Positions 59,102 through 64,000 of a stretch of 64,000 nt of DNA are shown piece by piece. A model generated the notes under the pieces. The model made no database searches, was not told the origin of the DNA, and saw nothing but the letters and a program-made list of their open reading frames with translations. This DNA is from a virus: positions 32,001-96,000 of IMG/VR virus record IMGVR_UViG_3300037086_000474; one strand, written 5' to 3'. How positions within the stretch are numbered: position 1 is the stretch's first letter; each line of letters opens with the position of its first letter. The position numbers and the translations under genes are program-made.

Positions 59102-59215
59102 ATGGGCATGCCTCAAGAACCATTTCTGAAAAAGATTGTTGACAGTTTCATACTCGATCCTCATGGCATTCATGGAATCGAGCATTGGATCAGGGCCTAT
59201 GAGAATGGCTATTAG
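59102..59215 (+). pseudogene. Truncated N-terminal fragment of an HD-domain protein
   Basis: LDPHGIHGIEHWIRAYENG then stop; resembles HGxxHWxRVxxNG start of HD hydrolases. Confidence 0.5.
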
Positions 59216-59231
59216 CCTGTGAACTTCTCAT

Positions 59232-59260
59232 TTTAGAGCCTTTAGTGGTTGTTGTATTAT
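59232..59260 (+). promoter_or_regulatory. Sigma70-like promoter, leaderless
   Basis: TTTAGA-N17-TATTAT-catttt-ATG(59267). Confidence 0.75.
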
Positions 59261-59266
59261 CATTTT

Positions 59267-59713
59267 ATGAAGCAAACAACCATACAAATACTCTCCGAAG
59301 ATGTGAAGAAGTTAGTAAAGCAGATTTCTTCCTACGAAGAGCAGGGCATGACATTCTTTGCAGCCAATGAAAAGGCAATCGATGAGATTCTTCCGAATTA
59401 CGATTTCTTTTGGCAGCTTGTTATTCTTGCGGCTATTTGCCGCAGGTGTGTTCAGGTGGATAACGCCCGTTTGGGTGGCAATGACAAAACTTTCATCGAT
59501 ATATATCTCAAGAACAAGAATCATGAGGATCTCTGTAAACGTATCATCAAAGATCTGACTCGGAAAGACAATAAGGTTGGTACCGAAGTCGATTTCACCC
59601 GTGATGATTGGAACAATGAAACCGAGAAACTCATGGATGAGCTGTTGAAAACCGACGACACCTTCAGATATGATGGCATTGTGGATGCCCGCCAGATAAT
59701 GTTTGGGTTCTAG
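59267..59713 (+). CDS. Hypothetical protein
   Basis: Start inferred from promoter spacing; followed by terminator. Confidence 0.55.
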   Translation: MKQTTIQILSEDVKKLVKQISSYEEQGMTFFAANEKAIDEILPNYDFFWQLVILAAICRRCVQVDNARLGGNDKTFIDIYLKNKNHEDLCKRIIKDLTRKDNKVGTEVDFTRDDWNNETEKLMDELLKTDDTFRYDGIVDARQIMFGF

Positions 59714-59733
59714 GTGAAAAACACAGAAAAATT

Positions 59734-59763
59734 AAAGGGGAGCAAGAGCTTCCCTTTCTTTTT
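59734..59763 (+). terminator. Rho-independent terminator
   Basis: aaaggggagc-aaga-gcttcccttt plus T tract. Confidence 0.75.
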
Positions 59764-59800
59764 AGCATACTTCAATGTGAAGGCAGCTGAGGAGGAATAG

Positions 59801-60961
59801 ATGGCGATTTACACTTCTCTTGCGGACGTGGACACTTACAAATTTTCAATGCAACAGGGTGTCCTTCATCAGTTTCCTGGAACTGAAGTTGAGTATGCTT
59901 TCAGGTGTCGTAATAGCGCAAAATGGACTTCTGAGATTGTGGGAGAAATTAATGATGAGCTCGATAATCTCTGTTCTCTTCGCTTTACCACTAATGAACT
60001 TGAGTATCTTGCCAACATCCGATTTCTCAAGCCTGATTACATCGACTTTTTGAGCCTCATGCAGCTCAATCGTGGCCACATCAGAGCATGGCTCGACAAT
60101 ACCAACAACCTTCAGATCCGTATCAAGGGAAGCTGGCTTCTCACCATCCTCTTCGAAGTCCCAGTCCTTGCCATCGTCAACGAAGTCTATTACCGCAACA
60201 CTTACCCCACCATTCCCTACACCGCCGGGCGCGAGAGGTTGGAGAAGAAAGTCCTCCTCATCCCTGATGACATGTGGTATAGTGAGTTCGGAACTCGTCG
60301 CCGCCAGTCCTTCGACAATCAGGATGCAGTGATTGCCTATCTCATCGAGCAGAAGCGTGGACATTTCATGGGAACGTCAAATGTCTTTTTCGCCAAAAAG
60401 TATGGCATCACTCCCATTGGAACCATGGCTCATGAATGGATCCAGTGTGGCCAGGCCATCGGAGTCCGTCTCATTGATTCTCAGAAGCGGATGCTTCAGG
60501 CCTGGGTTGATGAATACCGCGGAGATCTTGGATACGCACTCTCTGATACTCTCGGAGTGGATGCTTTTCTCCGTGACTTCGATCAGTATTTCGCAAAGTT
60601 GTATGATGGACTCCGACAGGATAGTGGCGACCCGATCGAATGGGGCGAAAAGGTCATCAAACATTATGAAGACCTCAAAGTGGATCCGAAGAACAAATCT
60701 CTCATCTTCTCTGACTCACTCGACATTGCCAAGGCAAAAATGATCAATGACACCTTCAAGGAAAGAGCAAAGGTTTCTTTCGGAATCGGCACTTATCTCA
60801 CCAACGACATTCCTGGGATCGAACCTCTCAACTGCGTCATCAAAGTTGTGAGGTGCAATGGCCAGCCAGTGGCAAAAATATCTGATTCAAGTGGAAAAAG
60901 CATGTGTGAGGATCAGAGTTATGTCACGTATCTCAAGCAGATGTTCAAGATCGAGAGGTAG
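59801..60961 (+). CDS. pncB: Nicotinate phosphoribosyltransferase
   Basis: DTYKFSMQQ, EFGTRRR, GTSNV, GTMAHEW, RQDSGDP, FSDSL, FGIGT, AKISD. Confidence 0.93.
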   Translation: MAIYTSLADVDTYKFSMQQGVLHQFPGTEVEYAFRCRNSAKWTSEIVGEINDELDNLCSLRFTTNELEYLANIRFLKPDYIDFLSLMQLNRGHIRAWLDNTNNLQIRIKGSWLLTILFEVPVLAIVNEVYYRNTYPTIPYTAGRERLEKKVLLIPDDMWYSEFGTRRRQSFDNQDAVIAYLIEQKRGHFMGTSNVFFAKKYGITPIGTMAHEWIQCGQAIGVRLIDSQKRMLQAWVDEYRGDLGYALSDTLGVDAFLRDFDQYFAKLYDGLRQDSGDPIEWGEKVIKHYEDLKVDPKNKSLIFSDSLDIAKAKMINDTFKERAKVSFGIGTYLTNDIPGIEPLNCVIKVVRCNGQPVAKISDSSGKSMCEDQSYVTYLKQMFKIER

Positions 60962-60964
60962 AGT

Positions 60965-61369
60965 ATGTGGTTTTTTCTTATTGGAGTTGGCGTGATTTTT
61001 GCTGGATGCTTGATTTTTGCTTTTACCAAGCTAGATGCTGATGATTCAGTGTTGACAGCTATTTTTGCATCTCTTTTCATCGCAATTGTGTTCAGCTTCG
61101 TAATCACTGCGATAGCAACATCTTGTGTACACAAAGAAACCATAGTGGAAAAAATGGATGTTGTTTCTGTGAAAACGTCGACAGGAACGGACTTTCTCTT
61201 CAAAGAAGGCAAAGAGTACAAAAACATCAACACTATGAAGTTTGACACGAAAATAACTATTGGTGAACAAATGATTGTTCAGAAAACGACGGTAAGAGTT
61301 CCTGAAAATGGTTGGTTTTTTCCAACTTCAAACTCAACCTATCTGCTTGTGATGGCTGAGGCGAGGTGA
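60965..61369 (+). CDS. Membrane protein
   Basis: Two N-terminal TM helices. Confidence 0.55.
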   Translation: MWFFLIGVGVIFAGCLIFAFTKLDADDSVLTAIFASLFIAIVFSFVITAIATSCVHKETIVEKMDVVSVKTSTGTDFLFKEGKEYKNINTMKFDTKITIGEQMIVQKTTVRVPENGWFFPTSNSTYLLVMAEAR

Positions 61370-61752
61370 ATATGAACTTACTTGGTGGTTTAAGGAAGAA
61401 GGGTATAAAGAGACACAATGGTGAATACCACCAGTCTGACATCAAAGACTTTCAGGAAAAATCCTCTGATGAAGAGAGATTGGTTTTTCTCAAAAATGTT
61501 TTTGATGAAAAAATCTATGGAGAGTACGCTGGCGGAACTCTGACCGGCATGCTGAATAAAAAGCTCAACTTCTTCAACGTGGGCAAGGGAGAGACAGAAG
61601 AAGAAAACTTTTGGATTGCTCTCAACTACATCAAGTATATGTCGGCCAATGGAAAAGGCGCTCACTATCAAGATGCTCTCGACATTGCCAACAAGGATCC
61701 AAACCAAGCTTTCATAGTGGCGAAAGCAATGCTCTGGAGTCAGAATGACTGA
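61366..61752 (+). CDS. Hypothetical protein
   Basis: Overlap coupling. Confidence 0.5.
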   Translation: MNMNLLGGLRKKGIKRHNGEYHQSDIKDFQEKSSDEERLVFLKNVFDEKIYGEYAGGTLTGMLNKKLNFFNVGKGETEEENFWIALNYIKYMSANGKGAHYQDALDIANKDPNQAFIVAKAMLWSQND

Positions 61753-62092
61753 TGAAGACCAGATGATCCAGGGGCGGTTTGTCTATGATTATTGGTATAA
61801 GCCGATCAATTGGAATGCCTATAGCCCAGACCAGTATCCTGGCATTGGTCTCAAAATCATCTTTGTTGGAACATATGCCTATTTGAGACTAGCTTCAAAA
61901 GAAAGAGGAAGATTTCATTTTGAGCTCTACGACTTTGCTCAGACCGAAAAGCCATTGAAATGGTTTAGTGTTCAAACCTTAGAAGGATTGCGTGAGGCAT
62001 CAAACGGAGAAGTTGCTGAAAGTGCTGCTTATATTGCAAAGAAAATGATAGAAGACAGTTTAAGGAGAGGAAACTATGACTCATTTGTCTGA
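61745..62092 (+). CDS. Hypothetical protein
   Basis: RBS ggag. Confidence 0.5.
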   Translation: MTDEDQMIQGRFVYDYWYKPINWNAYSPDQYPGIGLKIIFVGTYAYLRLASKERGRFHFELYDFAQTEKPLKWFSVQTLEGLREASNGEVAESAAYIAKKMIEDSLRRGNYDSFV

Positions 62093-62333
62093 TAGAGAGC
62101 GAACCATTCAAGGATATATTGCAGGCACTGTATTGTTTATCGTCGTAGCCAACTTTGCTTTGATCATGATCAACTGGGTTGTGCGAGAGCCTTTTGCCCC
62201 ATGGCTTTTATTTACTGGCACATCGGCTTTCTTTTTGATTTTATCACTCGTTCCTATTCAAAAACGATTGGCCAGAATCGTTGTTCGTATTATTGACCGA
62301 AAGAAGAATGAAAGAGAGAAGATTGATTTCTGA
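62076..62333 (+). CDS. Two-TM membrane protein
   Basis: Two hydrophobic helices, basic tail. Confidence 0.55.
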   Translation: MTHLSDRERTIQGYIAGTVLFIVVANFALIMINWVVREPFAPWLLFTGTSAFFLILSLVPIQKRLARIVVRIIDRKKNEREKIDF

Positions 62334-62378
62334 ACTCTCTATCTAGGTTAACAAAGATAAACTCAATAGGAAAAAAGT

Positions 62379-63074
62379 ATGAAAAAAATATTTTCTCTTC
62401 TAGTTTTGTTGGCACTAGTTGGATGTGTGAGTGTTCCAGACAACAAAGTCATTCTTCTTGCTCCTGTTCCACCTCATCCTCCTCTTACCACTGGCGCTGC
62501 TACTGTTCCAAAGGAAACTGGAACTTTCGATATTGATGCCCCAGTAGTCATTACCACCAATACAATCAAAAATGAGATTCTTTTGAACCTCAAAGAGCTG
62601 AAAAACTCTGGTTTTACGATTGACATTTCTGATGCTCAGGTATATGGAGTCAATGATCAAATGGCCGTTCTTGGTCTCAAAATTGATGCTCGATATAGTT
62701 TCTTCCATGCCAAGGGGTGGATCTATCTCCGCACCAAACCTGTACTTGATATACAGCGCCAACAACTCCTTTTTACTAAAACCACATTTGATGTGCAAAC
62801 GAAAAACGTGTTGGTTGGTGTTGCCAACTGGCTTCTTAATGCAGAGATTGTCAAACAAATCGACAAAGTAAAATTCGATCTCACTGGGCCAATCAATCAA
62901 CAAAAAGATTCTTTCAACAAACAGTTTGCCAACATGCCTCTTTCGGGAGTTGGAGATGCCCATGGAAACGTGGTGAGTATTGTGGTTACCGACTACAAAA
63001 TTGCCGACTCTGAGTTTTTAGTAAGGTTCAAAGTTATTGGAACTATTGATGTAAGGGTCAACATTCCAAAATGA
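62379..63074 (+). CDS. Lipoprotein, DUF4403-like
   Basis: MKK + hydrophobic core + LVG-C lipobox; GWIYLRTKPVLD..FDVQTKNVL; AAGATAA at 62354. Confidence 0.55.
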   Translation: MKKIFSLLVLLALVGCVSVPDNKVILLAPVPPHPPLTTGAATVPKETGTFDIDAPVVITTNTIKNEILLNLKELKNSGFTIDISDAQVYGVNDQMAVLGLKIDARYSFFHAKGWIYLRTKPVLDIQRQQLLFTKTTFDVQTKNVLVGVANWLLNAEIVKQIDKVKFDLTGPINQQKDSFNKQFANMPLSGVGDAHGNVVSIVVTDYKIADSEFLVRFKVIGTIDVRVNIPK

Positions 63075-63388
63075 AGGTAGATGATCTCAAGCCATTCACA
63101 TGGTACGCCGTATATGGTTCAGATGGCAAGTTCCTCATCGACAACATGCTTATAATCAACGAAGTTTCTAGAGATGATAAAGAAGCACTCTTTCAAGGGT
63201 TCTTGTTTCTTCCTCCAGAAGATCTTCAGTTCAGAAGAGGCGGATGGCTTTTTTCTCTTCCGTTAGATTCTGAAATGGACTGTCGGAAAGAATATCCTAA
63301 GCATAACGATAGAGTAAATCGACAGTGTATTGTTGAACTATTTCACACCCCCGCTTATGAAACAGGAAAGACCACACAGCTAATCTAA
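63071..63388 (+). CDS. Small protein with C-terminal motif
   Basis: NRQCIVELFH. Confidence 0.6.
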   Translation: MKVDDLKPFTWYAVYGSDGKFLIDNMLIINEVSRDDKEALFQGFLFLPPEDLQFRRGGWLFSLPLDSEMDCRKEYPKHNDRVNRQCIVELFHTPAYETGKTTQLI

Positions 63389-63423
63389 TATTCTAAAGCA
63401 TACTTACTTACGAAGGTGGGTGT

Positions 63424-63744
63424 ATGGTCGAGGAGAGAAATGGAAAACGCCTCCGCGATGCATTGGGACTAATCCGAGGCAATATTTTCTATCTGAAAAA
63501 TCGAGGACTTGTGGTTTGGACAGATGGATCCATTCATACTCATCTCGTCTATAAGAGCACTAGATTATGGGAGAATGAACCCCATTGCTATTTCAGTTTG
63601 TGTTGGGGTGCTCCTCTCAAAACCCGTCTTATAAGAGTCAAAGTCAAACAAATGCAAAACATGTTCAATGATGACAGTTTGCAACCACTTTCAGAAGCCG
63701 AGTTTGCAAAGTTTATCCTTGGATTGAAAAAGGAAGAACTCTAA
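63424..63744 (+). CDS. Hypothetical protein
   Basis: GCATACTT at 63398, SD aggtg. Confidence 0.5.
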   Translation: MVEERNGKRLRDALGLIRGNIFYLKNRGLVVWTDGSIHTHLVYKSTRLWENEPHCYFSLCWGAPLKTRLIRVKVKQMQNMFNDDSLQPLSEAEFAKFILGLKKEEL

Positions 63745-63748
63745 TCAT

Positions 63749-63777
63749 TTTAGAGTTGTCACTGGGAGGAGTATAAT
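63749..63777 (+). promoter_or_regulatory. Sigma70-like promoter, leaderless
   Basis: TTTAGA-N17-TATAAT, ATG 5 nt downstream. Confidence 0.8.
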
Positions 63778-63782
63778 AAATC

Positions 63783-64000
63783 ATGTCGTTAGAATATAGA
63801 GGAAAGTACGGAAGCGCTATCGTCTTCAACGACGAGGTTGAAGCAACGGCTGTTTCTTCCATCATCAATCTCATGAACCATGAGGTCGCTGAAAACGCCC
63901 ACGTTCGAATCATGCCTGATGTCCATGCCGGAAAAGGTTGTGTCATCGGATACACCGCTCTTCTGACCAACAAGGTTATCCCCAATCTCATAGGTGTTGA
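63783..64000 (+). CDS. rtcB: RtcB RNA ligase, 3'-truncated by the window (not in ORF track)
   Basis: MSLEYRGKYGSAIVF...VRIMPDVHAGKGCVIGYT...VIPNLIGV. Confidence 0.9.
   Translation, partial: MSLEYRGKYGSAIVFNDEVEATAVSSIINLMNHEVAENAHVRIMPDVHAGKGCVIGYTALLTNKVIPNLIGV

Noticed and set aside
4179-60364. Long antisense ORFs (4179-4982, 10578-11480, 11575-12444, 21023-21733, 57352-58200, 59846-60364)
   Set aside because: Shadows of real genes caused by repeats or codon bias; no motifs, RBS or promoters.
1-64000. Stop-codon reassignment as in some large phages
   Set aside because: Long genes are intact in code 11, and TAA, TAG and TGA all end genes at plausible positions.
1-64000. tRNA, rRNA or CRISPR array
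   Set aside because: Intergenic gaps are short and explained by terminators and promoters; no cloverleaf or repeat-spacer pattern seen by eye. tRNAscan-SE would be the definitive check.

Overview
Segment of a large, AT-rich, T4-like (jumbo) dsDNA phage genome, probably infecting a spirochaete (inferred from a Treponema/Spirochaeta-type STAS-Zn-ribbon anti-sigma antagonist). Recognisable genes: T4-type large terminase with a LAGLIDADG intein, gp55-like late sigma factor, many modular fibre/Ig/beta-propeller virion proteins (one of 2555 aa), M23 peptidase, HNH and Hef-like endonucleases, a solo TnpB, PTP-type phosphatase, PncB, a methyltransferase and the start of RtcB. Main unexplained structure read from the sequence: (1) about 16 otherwise unrelated small proteins share a near-C-terminal motif [RKH]-x-h-h-x-x-[IL]-F-[ED], a candidate sorting or capsid-packaging tag; (2) the CCA-adding/HD enzyme is split inside its HPEG|DVWEH motif into two genes, each with its own matching promoter and an extra peptide arm, with a late Pro-rich gene in between; (3) three promoter classes (TTTAGA-N17-TAnnAT, mostly leaderless; GCATACTT; AAGATA); (4) a tandem array of tiny AKxLL-CxxC-C-CxxW proteins partly missed by the ORF track. 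No tRNA, rRNA or CRISPR array was seen. All family assignments come from motif recognition by eye, not database searches.
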